A stretch of DNA of 64,000 nt. Source: Zootoca vivipara. Taxonomy: Eukaryota. Location: contig NC_083276.1 in assembly GCF_963506605.1 (NCBI RefSeq), positions 133,238,001 to 133,302,000 on the forward strand, in the 5' to 3' direction. The notes under the pieces were generated by a model, which saw only the letters and a program-made list of their open reading frames with translations, was not told the origin of the DNA and searched no databases. The position numbers and the translations under genes are program-made. Of the stretch, positions 1 to 53,758 are shown piece after piece. Position 1 is the stretch's first letter; the number at the start of each line of letters is the position of its first letter.

Positions 1-1086
1 AGGGGAGGTCAATCCAGTTGATGCCCCAGTGCCAATTCCAGAGAGGAGAGCTCTAAATGATTTGGGGTTTTAATACAGCCCGTTACCTCAAGTAATTTTT
101 AATCACAGCAAGGAAGGATCCCTTTTTATTTTTGAAAGAACAATAATGGCTTTGCGCCCTCAGAAAATAAAAGGGAGCCCAGCATAGCACAGTGATGATT
201 TGCAAGGCTAGACAGACTCCATAAGGCTTTTTAAAATAGACTCCGATATTTCCAGTGCTTAAAGAGGAACAAGTACGTGATAGTTTTTGAAGTGCTGATT
301 TTACAATAGACCCTAGCTGAGCACATTCTAATTTGCTACCAGAAGTTCCAAAGTACTAGTACTTTCAATAATGAGGCGAGAAACCCTAATATGAGAAGAT
401 TTCTGCATTGTGTCTAATGAAAAGCGAAAAAATGTGCTAATTTGTAAGTCCTGTTGTGGTGGTAGCCTTGGAGGCTTTTGAAACACCTTACTGACTTATG
501 AAGGATTAAGGAAAAACTGACATTTGCTACTAGCAGAAAAGTCAATTATAAAATTTCCACCCTTTAGAAACTTCCTGATGCAGGATGGACGTTAATAGAA
601 CAGTCAGTTTCACTTTGTATTACAGAGTTTTGTATTTGCTTGAGAGAAAAGGCATATTCTGTTTTCTTAATGGGAATTTAAACAAAGAGCTGCACTCAGG
701 TGTGTGTGTGGATGGAATGCCGAGGTATGCCGTTAAAGATGCTTTGAGGCATGGAGGTGAAATGGAGATCTTTTGCTGCTCACAAAGAACCACAGTTGGG
801 AAGGAGGACAAGACCTCATGCTGGTTATTGATGTGAGGCTTCTTAGTCTTATGTACAAGAGTATACATTTTTTTCAGGAAAAAAAGTCCTACAACTGAAT
901 ACATCTGCATAAAGAACTCGAAAAGGGCATTGAAGCTCTGCAGGTAGCAATGTGCCATTGTTCTCGGTCTGAAATATCCTGCAGCCCAAAGAATGGGACG
1001 TGCATTAGAGCTTGTTTTCATCCCCATCAGAAGTAGAGCACTTGAGCATTTGCACTACTTCTGATGGGGATGAAAAAATAGTGCAA

Positions 1087-2648
1087 ATGCTCTTTCTTTT
1101 TCAGACAGTCCCAGTAATGGTTAAGGATGATTGCCTCAACAGATGGCAAAAGGATATTTCCAAATTTGTTGGGGGGGGGGGGGCAAAGGCCAAGGATTAA
1201 ACATAAGATACTTACAGATACAAAAGAAAGAGGAGGCTTCACCCTCCCAGACCATAAATTATATTATGAGGCTGCATGTTTGTTTTGGATTAGGGACTGG
1301 ATAAAACTGGAAAAGGAAGAAGCATTAGATGTGGAAGGACATGACAACAGATATGGATGGCATGCATACTTATGGTATGGGAAAGGGAAAGTGCATAAAG
1401 GATTTTATAACCATATAATTAGGAAATGAGAGTGTGGGAAAGGTATAAGGATTTAATAGAACAAAAAACAGCTTGGTGGTTATCACCAATAGAAGCTTTG
1501 TTACTCAAACAGCTTGGCAAAAAGGGAAAGTGGGCTACATATAGAGATCTATTGAAAGATCAAGAAGGAAAATGGAAATTAAAAGACTATGAAGAAATTA
1601 AAGAACATTTTCAGAGTTGGTTGCATTATAGACAGTTAAATGAGATGTTCAAGGAGGATAAAAAAGGGTTTAACTATACAATCTCCAGATTTCAAAAGGA
1701 GGTTATAGAAGAAGTGAAACTATTGAAGAAAGCATACAGTATTCTGCTAGAATGGGAAATGAAAGACGAAGAGGTCAAATCAGTCATTATTAAATGGGCG
1801 CAAGATATAGGCCACAACATACAATTTGAGGATTGGGAAAAATTATGGAAGGTAGATTTGAAATTTACAGGTTGTTCTCTTTTGAAGGAAAACTACATGA
1901 AAATATGTACAGATGGTATATTACACCAGTAAAAATGGCAAAAATGTATAAAAGTGGGTCAAACATATGTTGGAAATGTAAAGAAAAAGAAGGTACTTTA
2001 TATCATAGGTGGTGGGAATGTAGAGAAGTAAAAAAATTCTGGGAGATGATATACAATGAATTGAAAAAGATGTTTAAAATGACATTTGTTAAAAAACACA
2101 CACACATACAGAAGCATTTTTGTTAGGGATTCTAGGCCAAGACCTGCCAAGGAAAATAAAGAACTTATTTATGTATGCTATAACAGCAGCAAGTCTTGTT
2201 AGCACAAAGATGAGAAGAATGAGGAAGAATGAGGAAATCCCAATGAAAGAACAATGGCAAGAAAAACTGATGAGTTATGGGGAGTTGGCAAAATTGACAT
2301 ACAAACTACGTGAGAAGGACAACTGTGACTTCAAAGAAGAATGGGAACTTTTAACAAACTATTTAAAAAGACAACAAAAGGATTTGGACTCCTTGGCAGG
2401 TTTTGAATAAACACCCACAATTTATTGGTAGAACATATGATAGACATGTTATAGAATATGTACAATTCTATAACATGCAGAAAACAATATGTGCAAACTA
2501 ATCAGAGAGGGGAGCTGAGGGAAGTCCTTAAAGGGCGGGAGAGGGAGGGATGGGAGGGGGGAAAGGGGAAAAATGTAATTGGCTATGTTATTGGTAATTT
2601 GTATTGTTTAAAAATTCTTTTTCTTCAATAAAAATATTTTTTTAAAAA
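1087..2648 (+). mobile_element. 5'-truncated L1 LINE (frameshifted ORF2 C-terminus, 3'UTR, A-tail)
   Basis: LFLFQTVP, ERGGFTLPD..LYYEAA, CWKC..KEGTLYH.WWEC zinc knuckle; G-rich 3'UTR; AATAAA 2627-2632; TSD aagtag(a/t)gcacttgag at 1031-1046 and 2649-2664. Confidence 0.9.
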
Positions 2649-2688
2649 AAGTAGTGCACTTGAGGATGGGGAAAAATGACCACTGATG

Positions 2689-2689
2689 A

Positions 2690-2741
<52 letters not shown>

Positions 2742-2748
2742 TATTATT
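2689..2748. repeat. (ATT)n microsatellite
   Basis: Direct reading. Confidence 0.95.
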
Positions 2749-2849
2749 AAAGCAGGTACTGTATCATCAAGGCAGCACCTACAACAATTTAAACATTCCC
2801 AAAAAATGCAATCACAAATAATAGGGTGAGTCCTGAAAATATACATTTC

Positions 2850-3130
2850 AAGTGTCAAAGTCTGGAAACTGTTTAGGGAGGGTTCCAGACACATCTCTGT
2901 GGGGAGGGAGTTCCACAGCTTTGGGACTGGCACAGAGAAGGCCCTCTCCTGGGATACCACAACCCCATGCTTCTGAGGGTGACAGAATCACCAAGAAGGC
3001 ACCCTCTGCCAACCTTAGCACCAGAGAGGGTCTTTAGGAAGGGGGCTGTCTTTCAGGTTTGGGGGCCCTGAGTCTTTTAGTGCTTTACACACTGACATTG
3101 AATTGGTCCTGGAAATAAGCTGGCAATCAA
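2850..3130 (-). mobile_element. Degenerate L2 LINE 3' fragment
   Basis: RAFSVPVPKLWNSLP resembles the L2 ORF2 end and the copy near 53300. Confidence 0.65.
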
Positions 3131-3881
3131 ATGCTCATAACAGCATGGGGAGAGTAATTGCTGAATCAGAGCAATAGGGGATAGTGGCAAAAATGTATAA
3201 AGCAGGTATAAAAGTGACATAACTATGTTGGATATTTCAGGGCTGCTTATAAAACCCATACCAAAAAAGGAATGGACTCCAGCTGCTTTTTCACAAGCAC
3301 CCTTTCTCTAAACCTCTCTTCAAATAGTGCTAACAAAGAATGCTCAGTATGTGACTAGCCATATTCAAAGGCAATATTGGCTATGGGGATCACATCTGCT
3401 AAAAGGATTTGGGTCCAAAGTCCCATAATCTAGGGTTTGGCATTGCTCAGGGTTGTACTGCTGTAGGAATGCACTATGAAACTATGACTTCATGCCATTT
3501 TCCGAGGTGTATAACCATCTCCTATTTTAATGCAATGCTTTCTTGAACCCCATGAATCCCATCAGCTTAGGCACATGCTGTTGCTCCTCTGCAAATATGA
3601 TTTAGTGTGTGCTTTGTTTATGGGCAACAAGGATTTGTGGTCCTATGTTTGGAAAGAGAATTCAAAGGTCAAATAGCATTGTTCTTTCTTCATTCATTCT
3701 CGGTACACGAAAGGCCTGGCTTGAGAGCATTGCTGAAGGGCAGTCGAGAAATGCTCTGACTAAAATACAATAAATTGTGCTATTTTATTCCTTGCAAAAG
3801 CAATCTAAAAACAATTTGTTCTCAGTTGCTTGCATGTTTAGGTTTCTAGCATTTACTTTCTCCAAAGTTCAAACTCTAGAT

Positions 3882-4017
3882 CAGGCATCCCCAAACTTCG
3901 GCCCTCCAGATGTTTTGGACTACAGTTCCCATCTTCCCCAACCACTGATCCTGTTAGCTAGGGATCATGGGAGTTGTACGCCAAAACATCTGGAGGGCCA
4001 CAGTTTGGGGATGCCTG
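3882..4017. mobile_element. hAT-type MITE
   Basis: TIR caggcatccccaaac/gtttggggatgcctg; 8-bp TSD ctctagat/ctctatat. Confidence 0.85.
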
Positions 4018-4189
4018 CTCTATATAGTTTTTGCTTTCTTATTGGTCAAGACACACAGGTGTGGAGTAGACTTGCCTCATACCTAGTGGAGTTGGAAATT
4101 ATGCAATTATGTAGCAGAATGTAGCAGAATGGTAAGTTCTTAGCAAAGGCACTCTTGGTATTTGGCAATTGGCTGGTCTACTGTATATA

Positions 4190-4401
4190 CAGTGGTACTG
4201 CTGGTTAAGAACTTAATTCATTCCAGAGGTCCATTCTTAACCTGAAACTGTTCTTAACCTGAGGTACCACTTTAGCTTATGCTGCTGCTGCTGCCGCCGC
4301 AATTTCTGTTCTCACCCTGAAGCAAAGTTCTTAATCTGAGGTACTATTTCTGGGTTAGCGGAGTCTGTAACCTGAAGCGTCTGTAACCCGAGGTGCCTCT
4401 G
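4190..4401. mobile_element. Tc1/mariner (pogo/Tigger-like) MITE
   Basis: TA-flanked CAGTGGTAC-type termini. Confidence 0.75.
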
Positions 4402-4989
4402 TACATTGGTTCAATCACAGTGGTTTAGACTGCATGCAATCATATTTGTCTCAAAAACTCAATTTTACACTTGCCCAGTAAATTGGAGAGTAGTTTGGAT
4501 GCCTCCATGATTTCTCTTGTATTCCCAAATCACTATTATAGAACTCTGAATAAGAAATTAAAAGTTGGTTTCTGTTTAGTTGGAAACAGTGAAGACAGAT
4601 GACTTTGCTGGGGTTTGAAGGTGGCATATAATGTAGGGTTCCCCCCCCCCAAAGTTGTTGAGCTTTTTTTCAATACACTTGCCTAAGATCCAGACATATC
4701 ACTGCCCTTCTGAAATCCCCCCCCCCGACCTCATTTCTGCCTTTGAATGTCCTGGAAAAGCCCAACGCATGGCAGCTCTAATATAATGTATAAGCTGAAC
4801 TTTTTCCGTAAAGAATAACGGTATTAATACACATGGCTGTTTCCCCGCTTAACAAAAGCAGTTGTGCTGGGCTCATAGCAGGATGTGGGTCACAGTATGC
4901 AGAGTAGTTTTTTTAAAACCTTCCCTCAAAATTCCATCAAAACAGTTCCATCAAAACTGCCCTTCAGCTGCTTTTAGCCCCACGAATGA

Positions 4990-5140
4990 TGCTTCTATAG
5001 CTCAGTCGGCAGAGCATGGCCTGGGTCTCAGGGTCCTGGGTCTGAGCCCCACATTGGACAAAAGATTCCTGCATTGCAGGGGATCAGATCAGATGATCCT
5101 TGTGGTCCCTTCCAACCCCCCAAAATCTAGGATTCTATGA
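4990..5140 (+). mobile_element. tRNA-derived SINE with CR1-like 3' tail
   Basis: A box tagctcagtcgg, decayed B box, then ggtcccttccaac...attctatga end. Confidence 0.7.
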
Positions 5141-6237
5141 AAACACGAGCTTTTCTCCTATGCCAAATACCAACTTTGGGAAATGGGGACATATATTTGG
5201 TGGGAAAGGATTTCCACCTCGTCTCCCTGCATGTCACAGTCCTAATCAATCAATCAATCAATCAATATACTTTATTCAACCGATAGTCAGAAACAAAAAT
5301 TTTTTTTCTCAATACACAGTCCTAATCCTGCTTGCTCCTGTTCCTAGTGACTACTATTAAAGGAAAACACACAAACAAACAAATGCACCCACACATTTCA
5401 TGGCACCCGTTTTGGCCTTGAATGTTTGGAAAGTCTGTGCTGATGCTGCCCCTCAACACGGGTGTTTGTGACGGAGCCCTGTGGTCTACGTTTTTATAAG
5501 AATTATAAGCTTTGTAACAACTCAATAAAGCCTAGTGAATCTGCAGATACTGGTGTGACACAGTCTGTTCCTTGCTTAGGTCTTTGTTATATAATCAAAG
5601 ACAGAGATGTCGCCCCTGTCGTATCGGGAAGAATGAGGAGGGTAGTGGGGGTTGGAATCTGATAACTGCTAATGCCAAGGCACCACATTGGAAGCATTCA
5701 CTTTGCACAATGTTTCCATAGCTTTCAGCTGAAAATGAGCAAAGGTTCCTATTGATTTAACCCCAGTCACTTGTTAGCAGTTAAATTCACCCATGTTATG
5801 TGATGGTGGATCTATAGCCATTAAGAAGACTGCCTTGTAATGTTTCCCGAGTCCCTCCCCCATACAGTACTCATTGCCCCCAAATCTCATTCCGCACTTG
5901 TAGGAACTCCAAAGGTTCTTGCTACTTAAACAGAGCCTTGTTAAACACCTAGGTTGTGGGATGTCTACAGCCTGGACTGTGCAGAAGAGCATCTGAGCAT
6001 TTAAAAGTAGTATATTAAGTGGTTCCCACCTCCCTGAGTGGTAAGAGGTTTTATGGCCCGCACTGTTGGATTTAGTTTCCTTGGGTAAGAGACACCCTGG
6101 AGATTTACAGTGCAGTGTTTCAAATATTGAAGTAGAGTGCTGAATAGAGCAATTAGGCTCTTATATGGAGATAGCAACTGAACCTGTATCAGATTCCCCA
6201 AACTGACTAGTTGTCTCCTGTACAGATTGGCCTAAGA

Positions 6238-6487
6238 CAGCAACCTTTTTCAGCTGTGGGCCGGTCTACCGTCCCTCAGACCATGTGGTGGGCTGGACTG
6301 TATTTTGAAGAAAAAATATATGAATGAATTCCTATGCCCCACAAGTAACCCAGAGATGCATTTTAAATAAAAGGACACATTCTTCTTATGTAAAAACACG
6401 CTGATTCCTGGACTGTCCGTGGGCCGGCCGGATTGAGAAGGCAATTGGGCCGCATCCGGCCCCTAGTCCTTAGGTTGCCTACCCCTG
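6238..6487. mobile_element. hAT-type MITE
   Basis: Perfect 8-bp TSD gcctaaga (6230-6237, 6488-6495); 3' TIR ggttgcctacccctg. Confidence 0.8.
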
Positions 6488-7896
6488 GCCTAAGACATTT
6501 TGCTGCCTGAGCCAAAGGACAGGATAGTTCCCCCTCCCAATTCTACCTGTGGAAGCCACCTGAACTGGCAGTTAAATCTTACTTCAACACTTATAATGGA
6601 GTAGCATTCTCCACTGCACCTGTGGCAACAGGTTAGCTTAGCGGAGCCCCGACTTAGCACACAGCTGTCCTCCAGTGCTGGGCCTGGTCCACACTCCATA
6701 TGCAAAGCCTTTTACCCTCAGGTTCAGTGAAATACACTCCCAATGCACTGAAGTGAGATTCAGCAGCCAGGATGGTCATCTGCTGTGCATGAAATAGAAG
6801 CAGGCTCCTTTCTTCACTCCGGGCAGCAAAATGCCTTGGGCCAGCCTGGACTCCCAGTTTCTTTCTTAAGTCTTTTTGTCTCCTAATTAAAACTTGCCAC
6901 AAACTAGTTCTATGTGTATGTGTATGCGCGCACTGCACTTTAGAAGTTTGGGGATAAAGTCCAGGTCATAATGGGAAAATAAATTTCTTTTTTGAAATTC
7001 CTGGTCTCCATCAGACAAAATCATAATCATCAACCCATTCACAGTAATTAAGATGTTTTAATTTCATAATACCATGCAACTTTTTCTAGATTAGAAAAGG
7101 TACGGTAGTTAACTCAATTTATTGGTAAATTATCTTATGATGAAGCTCAGAATAATTGCAATGAAAGCCTGACATTCACATCATCACTACCATAATTACA
7201 GGCATTATGATTGTTCTTGCAATGAACACCCAGTAATTTAATAACAATAGAGGATATAAATAGTTTAACTAAAATTTGGTAGATCCATCTCATTTACAAA
7301 TGAGAACATGACATCTTCTTTTTCTAGTCACCTTGGACTAGTCTGCTGTAGATGAATCACTTCCTTCAGCCAAAAGTACTTGAGTAATTGCACTGGAATT
7401 TCTTTAGTAGCAATCAGTAAAAGGAAGGCGAAAGCATGCCTCTTTTGAAACGCTCTTCAGTGAATTTCCTTCCACATTTGCTTTTAAATCATAGCCTTTT
7501 AAAAAGAATATTGTACTCATGGTGGTTCATATTTGAACAACAGAGGGGTCAACGCCCTGCTTAAAAGTTGCCTCATGAAATGGGGGGGGGTCAGTGTAAC
7601 CCAGTGTTTTCATTACAAAATCTTAATGGAAAATAAGTCCCTCTCCATAGTGAAGGACGTCAGATGTTTTCAGTCCTATTTTAAGGGGGCCCCTCATGCT
7701 GCCATGGCTCTTGGTACTGCCTGGACTGCCTGTGATGGAGTCTGTGACCCTCCACATGTTGATGGACTACAACTCCCATCATGTCATGGGGGGGGCCTTG
7801 GGAGTTCAACAACATCTGGGGGTGGGGCACAGGTTCCCCCCAAAGCATAGTGGTTTTAAAACACTTTCCTTTATTCTACAGTACAGTATTTGTATA

Positions 7897-8251
7897 AAAG
7901 GTAAAGGTAAAGGGACCCCTGACCATTAGGTCCAGTCGTGACCGACTCTGGGGTTGCGTGCTCATCTCGCATTATTGGCCGAGGGAGCCGGCGTATAGCT
8001 TCCAGGTCATGTGGCCAGCATGACAAAGCCACTTCTGGCGAACCAGAGCAGCACTCGGAAACGCCGTTTACCTTCCCGCTGTAGCGGTTCCTATTTATCT
8101 ACTTGCATTTTGAAGTGCTTTCGAACTGCTAGGTTGGCAGGAGCTGGGACCAAGCAACGGGAGCTCACCCCGTCGCAGGGATTTGAACCGCCGACCTTCT
8201 GATCAGCAAGCCCTAGGCTCAGTGGTTTAACCACAGCGCCACCTGGGTCCC
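7897..8251 (-). mobile_element. Sauria SINE, full length
   Basis: (ACCTTT)n tail, tRNA-like head, perfect 15-bp TSD tacagtatttgtata. Confidence 0.92.
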
Positions 8252-9134
8252 TACAGTATTTGTATACTGTTTCTCAAATGATAGTGCCCTCACATATTGG
8301 TATTAAACTGGCCTGGCAGCAGCAACCAACATCCTTGGGCAGATGCTGGTCCCAAACTGGTGAAGCCTGTCCTATACAACCCCTTTAAAAAATCCTAGGT
8401 TTTGTGGTCACTAGCAGAGTTCTCAGCAACTTATAGGTGGCGTTTTTTTCCTGCCTCCACCAACCCCTCGCTTTAATGTTTTGCACTGGGATCCTGAGGG
8501 ATTGGGTGGAAACCAGTATCAGGTGCTTTTAACTCACAGAATCTCGATTCCATAATGCATGCAAAAATAAAGCTCTCGTTTGGGTTACTTACTTTTGTGC
8601 TGCTCTTGAAGATAGGAGTGAAACTTGTTAATACAAAAACTCCTTTAGTGAAAGGCGATTCCACTGCCTTGGTGCAATTGCACTGGCCGCCACTTTGCTT
8701 CCATGCCGAATACAAGCCTCTAGTTTTTCCTTTGAAACCCTGGGTCCTGGATTCTTGAGGCACTTGAGGTTCATTCAGGTCTTCTGGAAAGGGTTTGCGC
8801 TCTGCATTTCGCCCGTCACTGTAGTGAGAACTTCCTCCCATGAGGCGTGACTAGTTCCTCACAGTATTGACTTGAAAGACATCTAATGAATATTATGTTA
8901 CGATAATAAGGGTTGGGCTGGACCTAAGTTGGGCTGCAGCAAACTAGGTATCTGTTGCAGCGGTTAAAGTCTGTATCTCCACCTATGCTCAACCTGTATA
9001 CTTGTAAATAGGCACAAACATTATAAAATGCCAGAAACCTTCCAATGCCCTCATTCCAAAGGAAACAAATCCTTGAACTTCTCACTGCTTGGAAAAGGGA
9101 AGTGAGCATAACAAATACAGACAAATGCCGGAAC

Positions 9135-9987
9135 CAGAGGCGTAGGAATGTCAGGTGGTACCCGGTGCAGCAAATTTCTTGTCAACTCCCCCCAATTGAT
9201 TTTTTTTTTTTTTTGCCATGAAATGGTTTTACATTATTTCATATTTTCTTACAAAGGAATGTGGATTCTGGGCCTCTGATAATAAGTAGGCAACTATGGG
9301 CAGATACTTAAATCTACAGGATGGATTGTGTTTTGGCTTGTGTTATTTTATTTATATTTTGTTGTTGTTGTTTAGTCGTGTCCGACTCTTCGTGACCCCA
9401 TGGACCATAGCACGCCAGGCACTCCTGTCTTGCACTGCCTCCCGCAGTTTGGTCAAACTCATGTTCGTAGCTTCGAGAACACTGTCCAACCATCTTGTCC
9501 TCTGTCGTCCCCTTCTCCTTGTTTGTGCAGTTATTTATATTTATTGTTTATTTATTTAATAAGATTTATTTTAAAAAACCTGCAAAGTGGTTTACCAAAA
9601 AACCCCCCCAAAACCTGCTCCAAAGGTCTTATCTTACTAAACTAGGGATTATATAGCTATATCTGAAATTTCATGTATATCAGTTAATATCTTGACCCTG
9701 CTCCACTGAATTGAAATTTCAGCCTTCATGACATAGGAAAACGGCCAAGTAAACAGCTATTTTTGTGGAGGAGGGTCAAGATATAAACTGATATGCATGA
9801 AATTTCATATATAGCTATATAATCTCTAGTGTAGTAAGATAAGACCTTTGGAGCAGGCATTTTTTTTTTTTAAGTTTTGAATGAACCGCCCTAGTAGGGC
9901 AGTAATTGTTCCTTGATAATTTGTCACCCCCCTCCATGATGGCACCTGGGGCGGAACATCCCCCACCCATCCTTTCCTAAGCCCCTG
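9135..9987. mobile_element. Non-autonomous hAT element with nested BovB tail and internal inverted repeat
   Basis: TIR cagaggcgtaggaa/ttcctaagcccctg; TSD gccggaac/gcccaaac. Confidence 0.65.
9358..9522 (-). mobile_element. BovB 3' end fragment
   Basis: (CAA)n tail and 3' sequence shared with the 47100-47270 copy. Confidence 0.88.
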
Positions 9988-10588
9988 GCCCAAACTTGTG
10001 CAAGGGGGCGGGGTTTGGATCTCTGTCAATGAGGGAAATCAGACATGTGCTTTTCCACACATAGAAAATGAGACATCAGGAGGCAGGGTTCTAGTCTAGC
10101 CTTTGTCCTGACATGCTCTCTCTCTCTCTCTGTGTGTGGTGGGGAAATTTATATGGAAGGGCATTCAGTAATGCTCCTCCAGATGACCTGTTTATTGAGC
10201 ATCCAAAGCTTACACAGACGGTTCTGGTCTTTATTGAGTGTTCATTCTGATTTGCAACTAGCATTCATCTTGAATTTGTTTGTGCAGTTAAAATGAAACC
10301 ACAGATTCCCCCCCCCCCCATAAGTTATACATAGTGTCACATTTTGAACTGGTTGCATCTTTTGATATTATTGAAAACTGGATGTGCATCTAGTCATTTG
10401 CTTTGTATATTATTAACTCCAGTCAATCCAAACGTTTCTGAAATTTGGACTCATTGGTTCTGGAGTCTGTTGAACCTGAGACCCAAGCAGGCCCCTGTAA
10501 TTCATCATCTATGTTCAGTGGTTTGGATACCATGTTTTGAAAATGAAGTTAAATTAAAATAGAACATAACCTTTTGAGCTCTGAACAT

Positions 10589-10594
10589 TTTATT
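10589..10594 (-). promoter_or_regulatory. Candidate IQCA1 polyadenylation signal AATAAA (an ATTAAA also at 11006-11011)
   Basis: TTTATT on plus strand about 650 nt past the stop; motif only. Confidence 0.4.
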
Positions 10595-11236
10595 GAAAAG
10601 TATAATTAATACATCAAGGCGTACAGATACATACAGATGCTGAAAAAGTTTTGTCAGGCATAAACATCTACGACCTATAACACAGAGAAGCATCCCCATA
10701 GTGCTCAGCTGAGTTCCTACCTGCCCCAACTTGCATGCCCAAGGAATGGGAATTCGTGTGCCTCTCATATCTGCATCCTGCTCTCCCTCTCTCTACACTG
10801 GCAAGTTCTTCAAGTTCTGGGACTTCCCATTCACTGCTCAGCTGTTTGTGGGCTGATGAAGAAGGTGGAAAGTGAGAAATGGAGCCCTATGGAGATTTCT
10901 TTGCGTGTGTTTAAGCTGCACATTCAACGGGGGAAGCGTGAAGAAGGAATGATAAAAAACGAGCGTCTAAATATACAATTACATTTTTAGGCAGATTACC
11001 ATAAATTTAATAATACATTTGTAAGACTCCAGCTATCCTATCTGAGTTTATAAGAAATAGTCTAGGTAGCAATAGTAAAGTTCAGTGGTCACTAGTTTTC
11101 CTTGGAGGATTTGAGCGTCACACTGATGCCTTGTTCTATACATTTTTAGATATAGGTTGTTCTGGGATATCAAGCAGGGAGCTGTGATTTCAAGGTAACA
11201 ATGCTATTTGCTGTGCTGAGTAACAAGCAACCGTTC

Positions 11237-51332
<40,096 letters not shown>

Positions 51333-53103
51333 TTAAGTATTAATTCCCAACAGCAAAATGGTGTTCCTACTCATAAGCAGTTGGATGTGGGCACACGGAG
51401 CAAATAACTAGAGATGAAGTGTGATGTGGTAGAGACAGCTATAGATCTGCAAGACCTGGATGCAAATCCTGTTCTCTTCAGCTCTGTTCCAAATGTCTGC
51501 AATGGAGATGGGTGGCTCCCATCTTAAAGGGTTCTTGTGATAACTCTCTTACAACTGCCCTAAATATCATTTACATTAACTCTTACTCTGTTAAGCACCA
51601 TGCATTTCATCCTATATTCTAAATTACTGAGGCAAAACTGTAAGAATGAGATGTTGGACCACATTTTTATGTGAAATTGCATTCATACATTGTTCCATCT
51701 AATTCAGAAATTCTCTGACAAGCTCAGTGCCCAATATAGTACCTTTCAGTAATTGTTTGTCGACATGTGGAAAATGAAACTGTGTGTTTGCTTTTGCAAA
51801 GTTCTCCTTGTCCATAAAAAATAAGTGTTGGACAAGGGGCAGAATCTACTTAACGTGAAATATCTCACCCAATAATGGACACCTCTCTTTCCCTTATTTT
51901 CAACTTTTAGTAGAGTAAATCCCACAGCTGAGCAATAAATGGCACTTTCTTTCTTTCCCATATTTTTTTAACAAGATGGGGGGAAATGGTTTTTACATAC
52001 AGAATTATTTCTAACAAAGAAGAACAAATATATGGTACAAATCCAATTTTGTATTTAATTCATGCCAGATTATTCTTTTTTTTCTACTGCCTTTCAAAGC
52101 ATGCATTTGAAAAATGGCACTTGGCACTAGAACTGAAGTACAGATGATTTGGCTTGCTTCATATTTAGGCCACATTAGAGAGAAATGTGTTGTTAAAAAC
52201 AAGCATAACTAATGACTCACTGCAGCCCTTGATTGCCCCCAAGTCAATTTTTCAGCAGTTTCAGCTGTTCCCATTATTAATCTGTCATGTCCTCCCTCTG
52301 TGGGGAAAGATGGTTCAGCACAAGGCACTGGTTTCAGGCTCTGTACATCTGCGCCATGCTCCACTGCACTGTGCCTCAACATTATGCAATTAGTCAAATT
52401 CTAAACATATGTACACCAGCTGAATCTCTGCAGTGGCAAAGGCTGACATGCTGTTCTCCACTACATCCTGACCTGGCAAAGATGTTCCAAAGAGCTAGGT
52501 GCTTCAATGCAGAGAGAAGGCTGAATTACCTTTTGTAAATCAATAATGTAGGGCACAAAGAAGCCCTCTTCCCTTTTGGAACAAGAGTAATGTTGAGGTT
52601 TGGGCACTGAGGAGAAGAGAAGCAGGGTGCTGATATGTGTTGTGTGCTCAAGGCAGAGGGCTTCACTGGAAACAGTGCCTGCTGGATCCTGCCCAATGTT
52701 GGGGCATCAACTGGATTATCCTGTTCTTCAAAATGCAGTAATAAAAATTATTTGCAGCCTAAAATGTATATTTAATATCCGGGGTTGTTTTAAGGCTGTG
52801 ATTGTAATTTATTGCAGTTATGACTGCTTTTTAGATTCTGCTAGGCCAACAGGTTTAAATGTTTGGAGAAGGCAGAATTGTTCCAAAGGCAGTAGATTCA
52901 ATACTGACTTTCTGAAATAATTCCTTATGTTCACATAAGCAAGAATCTGAATATCTTTCAGCCATAGTTCTAGCTCACTTTTAGCCTATATTAGGGTGTA
53001 GCAGATTAACTGAAAACATTCAAAATAAGCACTTTCTCTCTCTTTGCCTCTAGTGTACGGAGAAGTTGCCCTCTTTGGGTGGCATCCAATACTAGTCCTA
53101 TTC

Positions 53104-53758
53104 ATTATTATTATTATTATTAATTTATTTATACCCCGCCCATCTGGCTGGGTTTCCCCCACCACTCTGGGCGGCTTCCAACAAAGATTAAAATACATTA
53201 AAATATCACAGATTAAAAACTTCTCTAAACAGGGCTGCCTTTAGGTGTTTTCTAAATGTCAGGTTGTTGTTTTTCTCTTTGACATCTGATGGGAGGGCGT
53301 TCCACAGGGCGGGCACCACCACCGAAAAGGCCCTCTGCCTGGTTCCCTGTAGCTTTGCTTCTCGCAGTGAGGGAACCGCCAGAAGGCCCTCGGCGCTGGA
53401 CCTCAGTGTCCGGGCTAAACGATGGGGGTGGAGACGCTCCTTCAGGTATACAGGACCGAGGCCGTACACTTTGAATTGTGCTCGGAAATGTACTGGGAGC
53501 CAATGTAGGTCTCTTAGGACCGGTGTTATGTGGTCTCAGCGGCCACTCCCAGTCACCAGTCTAGGTGCCGCATTCTGGGTTAGTTGTAGTTTCCGGGTCA
53601 CCTTCAAAGGTAGCCCCACGTAGAGTGCATTGCAGTAGTCCAAGCGGGAGATAACTAGAGCATGCACCACTCTGGTGAGACAGTCTGCGGGCAGGTAGGG
53701 TCTCAGCCTGCGTTCCAGATGGAGCTGGTAGACAGCCGCCCTGGACACAGAATTAACC
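53104..53758 (-). mobile_element. L2 LINE 3' fragment
   Basis: VHALVISRLDYCNALYVGLPLK; RAFSVVVPALWNALP; (TAA) tail. Confidence 0.92.

Noticed and set aside
585-1027. ORFs of 83 and 135 aa near the window start
   Set aside because: No recognisable domain or exon structure; no ASB18-like peptide found.
2505-2570. G-rich quadruplex-like tract
   Set aside because: Ordinary L1 3'UTR feature.
4990-5060. tRNA-like sequence
   Set aside because: Degenerate and fused to a CR1-type tail, so a SINE head rather than a tRNA gene.
52209-52406. Possible cryptic exon ending in a gtgagt donor
   Set aside because: No similarity to IQCA1 and no convincing open frame from the nearby acceptor.
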